This document shows, in pieces, positions 26,223-34,869 of a stretch of 47,579 bases of DNA; the stretch's first letter is position 1; every line of letters starts with the position of its first letter. The notes beneath the pieces were generated by a model. That model was not told where the DNA came from and did no database searches. It saw only the letters and a program-made list of their open reading frames with translations. A program made the position numbers and the translations under genes. This DNA comes from Candidatus Aenigmatarchaeota archaeon (lineage in GTDB: Archaea > Aenigmatarchaeota > Aenigmatarchaeia > CG10238-14): positions 1-47,579 of the forward strand of contig JAWAAR010000002.1 of the NCBI GenBank assembly GCA_038999265.1, in the 5' to 3' direction.

Positions 26223-28265
26223 CTAGCATTGTAATATTGAATTTATTTGTGCTTGAGCACCGTTATCACCATATTTTCTTTCAAGGGAATCACTGAAACA
26301 TATTTGTATAGTTAATTGATCGAATAATGGTCCCATAATACCTCTGCAATGTGAGATTCCTGGTGATGGGTTGCATATATTACCTACACATAGATTTCCG
26401 ATACATCTTGGTATACAATTATTGCAGTCCGCATCATGATTAGGGTTGTCACAACAACAGGTTGGATATGAATTTGGGCAGGGTTTACTTGGAATTTCAG
26501 TATTCTGTCTTGACCAAGTGTAATAATCATACTCATCACACAACCAATAGGTATGACCGATCTCATGGGCTGTACCTTCTATTCCTATATGTTCAATTAT
26601 TACTGTGTCTGTTTCTCTGTAAGTAAAACCAGCAATACGATTATCACAACTCCCTCCCAAATTAACTTTTATATCATCATCAGTCAATCCTATAATCCTG
26701 TCTCTATCAGGATCCCATGTAAGTCCTGAAGATTGGGCACAAGATTTTATTTTATCTAAAACATTATGTGCATCATCTTGACTAACACAACTTACATCTA
26801 TAATACAATTCTGTGTAGAGGGATCAAGTATTCTTATATCAACTTTGTTTCTACAAGAATTCAACAGAGTGTTTCTTATAAAAACATCGGCATGCTGGCT
26901 TGAATAGTATGAAAAATCATTTTCTAGATTCCAATTAACAGGAACAAAAATTAATCTGAGTTTAATATTTGTTTGAATTGTTGTGGTTGTGGTGGTTCGG
27001 GTTGTGGTCCTGGTGGTTGTTTTGGTGGTTGTGGTGGTTCTAGTGGTAGTTGAAGTTGTTGTGGTGGTTGTCGTGGTTGTCGTGGTCGTTCCAATTGTAA
27101 ATGTCCCACTTTTACATCTAACACTAACATCATTAACTATGATATTATTCTCACAATTAACCCAAAATTCAACAGTATAGGTTCCATCCTGTGTTGGAGT
27201 GTATCTTCTTTCCCAATACCATCTTCCACCTGTTTCTGAAGTAATAACTTCACCCAATGTCTCACTTGTACCATCAGGTTTCATTACTTTGAACGCAACC
27301 CAAGTATGAGGTTTGGGAGATGAGCCTTTTATAACCATTTCAGCATTCTTTTGTGGGTTTGATGGGATAAACTCCAAAGTTTCATCTCCACTACAAACGG
27401 AAGATGGTACAGAATTCACTTGTATCCATGTTTCCCCTCTACAATTATCACCACTATAACCATCAACGGTTACGGTTACCTTATATATTCCTTCCGTAGT
27501 TGGTCTAAAAACATCATTTAGGACATATGATGGGTGATACTCTTCTCGGAATCCATCAGGACCCTCGACTACTATAGTATATTTATGGTTTGGATCATCA
27601 TTGCAACCTCTGCCTATTTCCCCAATAACACATCCCCAATCATTGAAAAATCCACCCAAATTACAACAATTATCACCCGGGTTGATTTCTAGAATTTGCC
27701 CCGAGGAACAACACCAATGACTATTTATATCCTTTTGGGCCCTTGCTTGAACGGAAAAATATGGACACTCTTGTCCCTGAGAATCTGCAAACATAAAACT
27801 TATTCCAACATTATTGTTATCCTTCCTGTAAATATTTATTTCATATTCCTCAAATCCTATCCTCCCTGTCAGTTTCCTAATAAGGGATGGTAATTCTCCA
27901 CCTCTTATATTTCCATTTATTTCAATTGGGCATTCAACCTTTCTGCAGTCCACCTTTGATGTAAAGTTTAGGCAAATATAATTCCCCACTGTAACCCCTG
28001 TAGGTAAAACCCTTTTTTCACCATCGTTCGAAGCATAAAAGTCATCTGTTAAAGATGAGAAAACAACCTTTCTTCTTATACCCCTCAATTGTGTTTGGGT
28101 ACATATTGAATTGGCTTCTGAAACTATTGTGTCAAAGGATTCATATGTAGCTTGTCTATGAGATTGGATTGTCATGTCAGAAAGTATTTTCAGGAAGAAT
28201 GTCAATAATATCAGTGAAATTACCAGAGTTCCAGTGATCCAAATCCAAGTGGAGACTCCTTTCAA
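26223..28265 (-). CDS. Pilin-like N-terminus fused to beta-rich domains, a Thr stalk and a Cys-rich HExxH zinc-metalloprotease domain
   Basis: MKGVSTWIWITGTLVISLILLTFFL leader and helix. Poly-Thr at about 26980-27090. HEIGHTYWLCDEYDY is encoded at 26553-26567 onward (the H-E-x-x-H-x(3,4)-L-x-D-E-Y pattern recalls M6/M64-type peptidases), followed by many Cys. Confidence 0.75.
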   Translation of the reverse strand: MKGVSTWIWITGTLVISLILLTFFLKILSDMTIQSHRQATYESFDTIVSEANSICTQTQLRGIRRKVVFSSLTDDFYASNDGEKRVLPTGVTVGNYICLNFTSKVDCRKVECPIEINGNIRGGELPSLIRKLTGRIGFEEYEINIYRKDNNNVGISFMFADSQGQECPYFSVQARAQKDINSHWCCSSGQILEINPGDNCCNLGGFFNDWGCVIGEIGRGCNDDPNHKYTIVVEGPDGFREEYHPSYVLNDVFRPTTEGIYKVTVTVDGYSGDNCRGETWIQVNSVPSSVCSGDETLEFIPSNPQKNAEMVIKGSSPKPHTWVAFKVMKPDGTSETLGEVITSETGGRWYWERRYTPTQDGTYTVEFWVNCENNIIVNDVSVRCKSGTFTIGTTTTTTTTTTTTSTTTRTTTTTKTTTRTTTRTTTTTTIQTNIKLRLIFVPVNWNLENDFSYYSSQHADVFIRNTLLNSCRNKVDIRILDPSTQNCIIDVSCVSQDDAHNVLDKIKSCAQSSGLTWDPDRDRIIGLTDDDIKVNLGGSCDNRIAGFTYRETDTVIIEHIGIEGTAHEIGHTYWLCDEYDYYTWSRQNTEIPSKPCPNSYPTCCCDNPNHDADCNNCIPRCIGNLCVGNICNPSPGISHCRGIMGPLFDQLTIQICFSDSLERKYGDNGAQAQINSILQC
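26980..27090 (-). repeat. Imperfect (ACN)n codon tract encoding a poly-Thr stalk (approximate bounds)
   Basis: The plus strand reads GTTGTGGTTGTGGTGGTT... for about 110 nt. Translates to TTTTTTTTTTTSTTTRTTTTTKTTTRTTTRTTTTTT. Confidence 0.8.
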
Positions 28266-28304
28266 GGTATCACTAATTTATTTTAGGTTTTTAAAATATA
28301 AACC

Positions 28305-28742
28305 ATGAAGGCTCAGATGTCATTAGAATACATAGTAAAGATGATGATACTTCTGGTTGTTGTTGTTGTTGTCATTGGGCTTATCTTAAAGTTTTCAAGT
28401 GATCTTAAACTCACAATAAAAAAACTGTTTGGTGAAGAAAAGAAAAACCTAGATTTTCCACAGATAATTGAGAAAAATGATTTCAGTGCAGGTGAAGTGT
28501 CGGTTTACATAGAAAGTTGCTATTCCCAGATGACCTCTTTGAAGGAAAGCGAACAGAAGGATATTGTTTGCTATTTATTAAAGTCTAGGAGTGGTTTTGG
28601 TTTTTCGCCGTCAGATATTAGATTGTCTTTGGATCTAACAGGCAGGGTTGAGTTTAATACACAAAACCCAGGACAATTCACAGGAAACGCACTTACAATA
28701 AAATTCCTCGATGCTGAAAATAAAATAGAAGTGAGTGATTGA
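28305..28742 (+). CDS. Class III signal peptide pilin-like protein (K-A-Q-M-S-L-E type)
   Basis: MKAQMSLEYIVKMMILLVVVVVVIGLIL: Q-x-S-x-E after a basic leader, as in EppA-processed archaeal pilins, with Glu at +5 if cleaved before Q. Confidence 0.7.
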   Translation: MKAQMSLEYIVKMMILLVVVVVVIGLILKFSSDLKLTIKKLFGEEKKNLDFPQIIEKNDFSAGEVSVYIESCYSQMTSLKESEQKDIVCYLLKSRSGFGFSPSDIRLSLDLTGRVEFNTQNPGQFTGNALTIKFLDAENKIEVSD

Positions 28743-28743
28743 T

Positions 28744-29232
28744 TTGAAGGGTATTGCCCTCAACACAATTATTTTTACATTGATAGCTCTTGCATCTGTT
28801 GTTATCCTTCTTTTTATTGTAAATTCTATAATACCTAACTTCATGGGAAAATCTTTTTGTAGGGTCTATCAAACTATATTTTCTTTGCCTTTAACAAGAA
28901 AACTGCAACCAAACATACCTGGATGCAGCTTGTTCCCAGAAACAAAAAGGATAATATTAAAAGAAGGTTCCTGCAACCCAGGAAACATAGCAAAATACAT
29001 AAAGGATTGTTGGGAAAAATCCCAGCAAGGCCGGGGTGGACAAACATTCATCTGTTTTGAATTATTTATGGAAAATGTCCAGTCGGGTTTCGGAGAAGAT
29101 GATGTAAAAAATCTAATAGATTCCCAAAACTTAAGAGATAGCATAGATTGGAAGATTGGAACCATAGAAGGGGAAGATTTAACTGTTATAATAAAGTACA
29201 ATTCTGAAGATGGTTTAATAGAAGTGATATAA
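28744..29232 (+). CDS. Class III signal peptide pilin-like protein
   Basis: In-frame TTG 28744 gives MKGIALNTIIFTLIALASVVILLF, matching the M-K-G pattern of its neighbours. The track start is GTG 28735. Confidence 0.6.
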   Translation: MKGIALNTIIFTLIALASVVILLFIVNSIIPNFMGKSFCRVYQTIFSLPLTRKLQPNIPGCSLFPETKRIILKEGSCNPGNIAKYIKDCWEKSQQGRGGQTFICFELFMENVQSGFGEDDVKNLIDSQNLRDSIDWKIGTIEGEDLTVIIKYNSEDGLIEVI

Positions 29233-30656
29233 TGGAGATAGATCTTGTAGGAGCAATTGCAATAGGCTTGGCCTTGATTATAGTTTCACTATTGCTTATA
29301 AAATTTATAGCTGATTTTTCAAGAACAAGTTTCCTGAAAAATGTCAAGGAAATGGTTTCAAATCTTTATTCTCAAATATTCGGAAAAAGCTATTACAATG
29401 TCTGCGAATCATTCAACAACAGTTATATTTCAATGAATGATTTTGAAACATTGATAAATGCATACTATCACAAGAGGTGTGGAGATGCCAAGGTTAATGT
29501 CATACTCAGCTTTTCTGTGACAAAAGATGATATAAATAAAATAGCAAAGGACTTGGGGGTAGCAAAAGATGGAAAACTGGTTATATATGAGAGTGCCAAA
29601 CCTGTTGGGATGGGAGGAATAATAATAGATGGGTACAAAAACCCAACTTCAAGGTTTGTGTTTAAAGCAAATGATAGAATACTTATATGGAATGATGGAT
29701 CACCGGAAAAGGATGTTCTATTGAATTTAACAGAAATTGAATGTGATCCATACACACTGAGCTGTAAACCAAGATCCCCTGAATTTGGTGTATGGATGAA
29801 CCCAATAACAAAGGATAAGAAAAGAGGAGAGGAATGTAGATACAACTCTGAATGCTCGGGTTCCATGGTTTGTGTCAATGGCCATTGCTGCTCACCCGGG
29901 GAAACATGGGACGGAACCAGTTGTGTATTTCAATATACCTTCACAATTCTATTTATACATTTAAAAGAGAAGGGGCAAACTGATGGTATAATGGAATATT
30001 CAAATTTTCAAAGTCTCGCAGAGAATTTCAGGCAGACATGGTCACAGATAACACCACTTTCCTCCTGTCTCAACAAGGTTGGAATTATTATTTCTGAATA
30101 TATTTGTGAAGTACCTGTACAAGATGACATCTGTTCAGGTGATAATAGGAAAGTTGAAAGAACTTACAAGGAAACAACTAAAAATATAATGGAATGTGTT
30201 GAGAAATTTGGATATGGAAATATACATACCAGAGTGGTGGGTGTAGTTAATAAAGAAAGTGTCTGTGGAAATTATTATGGATACAGCGGAGGTTACAATT
30301 CCCCAGTTGTTATTTCCAACCCATCATCAGATGTTTTAAGTGGAATTCAATTCTTGTGTTCTCATGAAATGGGGCATACTTTTGGTTTGTGTGATGAAGG
30401 TTACGGAAATTCTTTGTGTTCAGACTGTAGAAATGGTTTGGGTGGTATTTGCTCATTTGGTGGCTCGGGCTGTTTTGACTTAACTAATTCCAGAAATTGT
30501 AAAAGAAATGGTGGGACAGATTGCCCGAATGTTCCGGAAGGGCCAAGTATTATGTGTACATTTGATAGTTGTTCGAGAGGATGCTCATACGCAACAACCT
30601 TTGCACAAACAAGCTACCAACATTTACAAGGTGAATTGAATGAATATTGTGAATAG
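29232..30656 (+). CDS. N-terminally helix-anchored (pilin-like) Cys-rich HExxH zinc metalloprotease; paralog of the C-terminal domain of 26223..28265
   Basis: MEIDLVGAIAIGLALIIVSLLLIKF. HEMGHTFGLCDEGYG is encoded from 30363. Very Cys-rich flanks (CRYNSECSGSMVCVNGHCCSPG...). Confidence 0.75.
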   Translation: MEIDLVGAIAIGLALIIVSLLLIKFIADFSRTSFLKNVKEMVSNLYSQIFGKSYYNVCESFNNSYISMNDFETLINAYYHKRCGDAKVNVILSFSVTKDDINKIAKDLGVAKDGKLVIYESAKPVGMGGIIIDGYKNPTSRFVFKANDRILIWNDGSPEKDVLLNLTEIECDPYTLSCKPRSPEFGVWMNPITKDKKRGEECRYNSECSGSMVCVNGHCCSPGETWDGTSCVFQYTFTILFIHLKEKGQTDGIMEYSNFQSLAENFRQTWSQITPLSSCLNKVGIIISEYICEVPVQDDICSGDNRKVERTYKETTKNIMECVEKFGYGNIHTRVVGVVNKESVCGNYYGYSGGYNSPVVISNPSSDVLSGIQFLCSHEMGHTFGLCDEGYGNSLCSDCRNGLGGICSFGGSGCFDLTNSRNCKRNGGTDCPNVPEGPSIMCTFDSCSRGCSYATTFAQTSYQHLQGELNEYCE

Positions 30657-31191
30657 ATCACTTATCTTAATCTTGATTATTTTAATTCTACACCCAGCTA
30701 TAGCAAAAATAGAATTGCAAAATGTTTATTCTATTTATGTGGAGGTTTTCAGAAATGACAGTGTAAATCCGATAAGTGTTGGAACAGTGAGGGGAACAAT
30801 ATCACATTTTTCTTCTCAACAAAAAGATTATTCTGTAAAAGTTTTAGGTCCTAGAGATAAGATTTTATTTGAAAGGTATTTGGAAATACCTTTTGTAATT
30901 TATCTTGAACCAGAGGGTAGCTTGAACCTTGAAAGTAACTTGATCCAATTAAGAGTCCCATATTCAGAAGAAGCAACTAGGATAAGATTATACCATCTGG
31001 GAAAAATTATACTTGACATTGACCTGTCACAACTCTGCAACAAGAATTCTGTCTGTGATATAGGGGAAAATAAATACAATTGCCCTGAAGATTGCTACAA
31101 AAGAGAATTTTCGTGGGGAGTGTATATTTTATTAATCGCCGCTTTGATTTTAGTCTTGGTATTTCTAAAATTAAGAAAAACAAAGAAATGA
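30640..31191 (+). CDS. Signal peptide plus C-terminally anchored protein with the C-x(n)-C-P-x-D-C motif; partner of the upstream protease; paralog of 25582..26211
   Basis: LILILIILILHPAIA signal. LCNKNSVCDIGENKYNCPEDC. TM helix plus KLRKTKK. Overlaps the protease gene by 17 nt. Confidence 0.6.
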   Translation: MNIVNRSLILILIILILHPAIAKIELQNVYSIYVEVFRNDSVNPISVGTVRGTISHFSSQQKDYSVKVLGPRDKILFERYLEIPFVIYLEPEGSLNLESNLIQLRVPYSEEATRIRLYHLGKIILDIDLSQLCNKNSVCDIGENKYNCPEDCYKREFSWGVYILLIAALILVLVFLKLRKTKK

Positions 31192-31220
31192 TTTATTGTG
31201 GGGATTGTATAATTTTAAAT

Positions 31221-31781
31221 ATGAAGGGTGATGTTCAGGCAGTCCCGGCATTCATATATGTGATAATAGGTATTTTTGTCGGTTTAATTATGTTGCTGAT
31301 GGTTTACAAATATACGCCTATTTTTATGGAAAAGGAAAAAAATATAACCCTAAGTGGAAACAAGGAAAAAGTTGTCAAAAATATAGCAAAGATAATAGAA
31401 GAATGCTGGGAAGATAATAGGAGGGGTCTTGGTGATAAATCAAATATTTGCAGGGAGGTAACAATAGAGAATGGTTTGGATGTGAAGGAGATAGATGTTG
31501 TAAATTTTATTGATTGCAAGAAATTGCCCGACTCAAATTGTTATGTGTATCCTGATAAATCGGATGATTGTTCTTTCTGTACCTCACCATATTTCAAGGA
31601 TACAGACAAAATTTACTGGCTGGCCGAAGGAGGAAATACAGGCTTGACCATAAGTTATGATGGGGATAAAAGGAAGATAATAGTCAGTGGTTCACCCTGT
31701 ATTAATTGTCAACATTTGAGATATTGTAAGGTAAAGTGCATTGAGGAGGTAAATGATCCCAATTGTATCGGTGTATGTTAA
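31221..31781 (+). CDS. Class III signal peptide pilin-like Cys-rich protein
   Basis: ATG 31221 gives MKGDVQAVPAFIYVIIGIFVGLIMLLMVY. The track start at 31092 would overlap the previous gene by 100 nt, so I reject it. Confidence 0.6.
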   Translation: MKGDVQAVPAFIYVIIGIFVGLIMLLMVYKYTPIFMEKEKNITLSGNKEKVVKNIAKIIEECWEDNRRGLGDKSNICREVTIENGLDVKEIDVVNFIDCKKLPDSNCYVYPDKSDDCSFCTSPYFKDTDKIYWLAEGGNTGLTISYDGDKRKIIVSGSPCINCQHLRYCKVKCIEEVNDPNCIGVC

Positions 31782-32306
31782 ATGAAGGGTTTGGCAAACT
31801 GGATAATGGTGATTGGGGGTCTTATAATAGGGATAACTGTTTTTTATGCAGGAGTAAGCCTCCTTGTCAAACAGATGAGGATGGCTCAAGTTCAAACAGT
31901 TTTGGAAGAGGTTCAAGATTTTCACAACCAACTTTCAGCTGTTTGCAGGATGGGTCTAGGACACAAAAAATCCTATACCATCTCATTACCAGATAATGTA
32001 AGGGCTGTATATGTAGCAAATAAAAGTTATGAATTACCACCGGATAAAGTCTCAGTTATGATATCAAATAGAGTTATGAGTGTCGGAAATTACACTTGCA
32101 TCCAGTTCTTCAATAACAACCTTCCCGTTTGTGAATATATAGGTTGTTATGCCAACTTCACGTATATTGGTTCTCCTTCCATGAAACCAAGCCTACAAAC
32201 CTTGCTTGCAAGTATTCGTGGTAATTATCCTGTTTATGTATATTCTGTAAATATTGAAAAGATTGGACCTTATTTTTTGGATGTGATTTCCGAACCCAAA
32301 CCTTAG
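31782..32306 (+). CDS. Class III signal peptide pilin-like protein
   Basis: MKGLANWIMVIGGLIIGITVFYAGVSLL. The ATG abuts the preceding TAA. Confidence 0.65.
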   Translation: MKGLANWIMVIGGLIIGITVFYAGVSLLVKQMRMAQVQTVLEEVQDFHNQLSAVCRMGLGHKKSYTISLPDNVRAVYVANKSYELPPDKVSVMISNRVMSVGNYTCIQFFNNNLPVCEYIGCYANFTYIGSPSMKPSLQTLLASIRGNYPVYVYSVNIEKIGPYFLDVISEPKP

Positions 32307-32343
32307 AAATTAAAAATAAAAAAACAAATTATTTTTGAGAAAA

Positions 32344-32775
32344 ATGAAAGGGTCAACCGTACTTTCTGAAAATATACTAACGGCAATGTCAGTGATAATC
32401 TCTTTTATTCTTATGATAATAGTTGTCCAGATAGTGCTGAGTCAGCAATCTGAGAGAACTTATAGGGCCTTGTTTGACTCGATTGCAAGGGAAATAGCAA
32501 TGATAATAGACAGGTGTGCTTCAACTCCCGGAAATTTAAAAGTTGAATATAAAATACAGGAAGGTGTGCATGCGAATATAACAATAGACTACAAGTATGT
32601 TTTTGTCAATTATGGTGAGAGGATCTCAAGAAAACCATATTCTGGCCTGACTTATTCACCAGGTGTCAACAATTTCAGAATCTATGAGTTTATTGAACCA
32701 AAGGTACTTTGCTTTGTCAAGGATGATAATCAAATAACAATCTTTAACAGACCATGTGATCAGGTGTCTGTATGA
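32344..32775 (+). CDS. Class III signal peptide pilin-like protein
   Basis: ATG 32344 gives MKGSTVLSENILTAMSVIISFILMIIVVQIV. The track uses TTG 32335. Confidence 0.6.
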   Translation: MKGSTVLSENILTAMSVIISFILMIIVVQIVLSQQSERTYRALFDSIAREIAMIIDRCASTPGNLKVEYKIQEGVHANITIDYKYVFVNYGERISRKPYSGLTYSPGVNNFRIYEFIEPKVLCFVKDDNQITIFNRPCDQVSV

Positions 32776-33560
32776 AAGGGCAGGTTAGTTATATAATGAA
32801 ACCCATGATGTTGATAGGTATTATAATACTCTTGCTTTTCTTGATACAGACCTTATATTCCGGAAGAGGGAGAGAAAGGATGGCTGAAAAGAAATTGGAT
32901 ACCGTAAGTACAGCAACAAACATACTTCTTATATTGGCAAATTCCAAGCAGTGTTTGGCCTATCATTCATCTATCACTGACAAAACCCAGGGGATTGTTT
33001 TGAATGTAACCAAATTGGATATATTCCAAAATAACTATCAGGAAATAGAACCGGAATGTGCGAGAAATTATGAATTTGGATGGAAAGTTCAGGTCAGTCA
33101 AATGGGAAGGCCTGTTGGGGGATCCAGTAATGTCGAGAGGGCTTGGACCTTTGGGGCAAGAGATTTCTCAAAGGATAGTTCATTGAATAATGAGGTGAGA
33201 TTCTGGATACCGGTTGGAATAAAGTATCCGAAAGGTGATGCTAGATGTGGTGCAAACAACAGAGATGGGTGCGTGAAACTTGGAAAGATGGATATATTAT
33301 TGGTGGATGGCGAGTTGGAAAAATTGGCTGGTTTCTTTGACTGGAGTTGTATGATGGGTAGACTTGGAAGAATGACCTCAACTTCAACAGAAGTCTCCGT
33401 AAGTCAAAAGGTAACGTATGATTCCGCAAGCAACAGACTTTGTGTTGGAAGTTCATGTAGAAGATTACAATGTCCGTTGCTTTATTTTGATGGCTTCAAC
33501 TCAAAAGGAACTTATAGTCTCAAGTTGAATTATCAATCAGGAAATTTGGTGGTTGGGTGA
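32772..33560 (+). CDS. Class III signal peptide pilin-like protein
   Basis: MKGQVSYIMKPMMLIGIIILLLFLIQ. ATGA start/stop overlap with the previous gene. Confidence 0.65.
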   Translation: MKGQVSYIMKPMMLIGIIILLLFLIQTLYSGRGRERMAEKKLDTVSTATNILLILANSKQCLAYHSSITDKTQGIVLNVTKLDIFQNNYQEIEPECARNYEFGWKVQVSQMGRPVGGSSNVERAWTFGARDFSKDSSLNNEVRFWIPVGIKYPKGDARCGANNRDGCVKLGKMDILLVDGELEKLAGFFDWSCMMGRLGRMTSTSTEVSVSQKVTYDSASNRLCVGSSCRRLQCPLLYFDGFNSKGTYSLKLNYQSGNLVVG

Positions 33561-34861
33561 AAGGTCAGACGATGGAGATGATGGGTTTCTTGATATTAGC
33601 TGTCACAATTATTGTAGTAATACTTTATATGAGAACTCATCTTGCCGGAACTTATGGGAGAAGTTTCTCCTCTCTGGTTCAAAGGCAAGAGGTTGAAGGT
33701 TTTAGGGCAGGGGCAACGACTGTTCTTCAAACGACAGAAGAAAAGACTGGAAAGAGTTTATTGGAATTGTTGGGGATTGCATCATACAATGGTGCCTATA
33801 ATTTAAACAATCCCTGGGAATATGATTTTGGACCGGGGAGAGGGGTTGTAAACTTAAGGGATGAGATAACATGGAGAATGGATGAGATTTATGGTCAAGG
33901 TAAATGGTATATAAAAATACCTTTTCCTGATGTAATTCCTAGATACCAAATGGTTATGATTGTTGATAGTTCTGGAAGTTTATGTGATGATTTTCAGAAT
34001 ATAAAAAATAACTTAAAGAATATAGTCGAAAAACTTAGACAAAAATACAACCTAGCCGTTACAATTTATATGTTACCCGGTGGACAGGAATGCTGTGGAA
34101 CTGATGGGGGTAAGCTAATGTGTGAAGGGTTGTTTGAAACAGAAAAATATCTTCATTGTATAGATTTGGATCGGAACAGTTTGCAAAATGTAAATAAAAA
34201 TATTTGTAGGCAAGAATATAGACCAATTAATAATGAGGACTGGGGAAGAGGTTTAGCATGTGCTGTTGAAATAGGCCCATATGAGGGATGGTATGATTTT
34301 ACAGCAAAAATAGGTGTCATCCTATCTGATGAATTGACAACCGGAAGTGAAAATTTTGGCAATCCAGAAACATCAACTAGTTTGGAAATAGGAATATTAG
34401 CAGCTAGAGGAACGGGGGCAAAACCTTTTATGAATGTATTTCCATTGAAAGCATATACCGGAAAAGATTGTTGCCCGGATTGTAATTGCGAAAATCCAGA
34501 TCAAAAAACAGAATATAAATGTCCGTTATGTCCTGAAAAAATTTGTTCTGTATGTGTAAGAGGTGATGGTATAGATTGGCAAATTTTCAATAAACCTTCC
34601 TGTCGGTATGAAAGTGAATTGATAAGTCAGATGGATAGATTAGCTTCAGAGACGATGGGGGAAAGATATAACTTAAATGATAATGATGTTTCAAGGGCTA
34701 TTGAAGAAATTTTTAAAAATCACGATTTTAGTGGTATAAAAACTTACATTGATTTGGGAACCGAACCCCTGAATAAAAGAAACTTAAATTCAATAGTAGT
34801 ACCGGCACCTGTTCCTTATGTGGGTGGATATGCAAATGTTTATATTTACACTTGGGTATAA
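33557..34861 (+). CDS. Pilin-like N-terminus fused to a von Willebrand factor A (MIDAS) domain, with a Cys-rich C-terminal part
   Basis: GTG start gives MKGQTMEMMGFLILAVTIIVVILYM. MVMIVDSSGSL (D-x-S-x-S MIDAS, encoded at 33965-33979) at the start of an alternating strand/helix region. GTGA overlap with the previous gene. Confidence 0.7.
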   Translation: MKGQTMEMMGFLILAVTIIVVILYMRTHLAGTYGRSFSSLVQRQEVEGFRAGATTVLQTTEEKTGKSLLELLGIASYNGAYNLNNPWEYDFGPGRGVVNLRDEITWRMDEIYGQGKWYIKIPFPDVIPRYQMVMIVDSSGSLCDDFQNIKNNLKNIVEKLRQKYNLAVTIYMLPGGQECCGTDGGKLMCEGLFETEKYLHCIDLDRNSLQNVNKNICRQEYRPINNEDWGRGLACAVEIGPYEGWYDFTAKIGVILSDELTTGSENFGNPETSTSLEIGILAARGTGAKPFMNVFPLKAYTGKDCCPDCNCENPDQKTEYKCPLCPEKICSVCVRGDGIDWQIFNKPSCRYESELISQMDRLASETMGERYNLNDNDVSRAIEEIFKNHDFSGIKTYIDLGTEPLNKRNLNSIVVPAPVPYVGGYANVYIYTWV

Positions 34862-34869
34862 AATATTTG

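Noticed and set aside
26951-27180. Poly-Val (26983..27180 +) and Pro/Gln-rich (26951..27133 -) ORFs
   Set aside because: They are alternative-frame or antisense readings of the (ACN)n poly-Thr tract of the 680-aa gene.
31092-31220. N-terminal extension of the 229-aa track ORF
   Set aside because: It would overlap the preceding gene by 100 nt. The internal ATG 31221 yields the same MKG-plus-helix N-terminus as the neighbouring genes.
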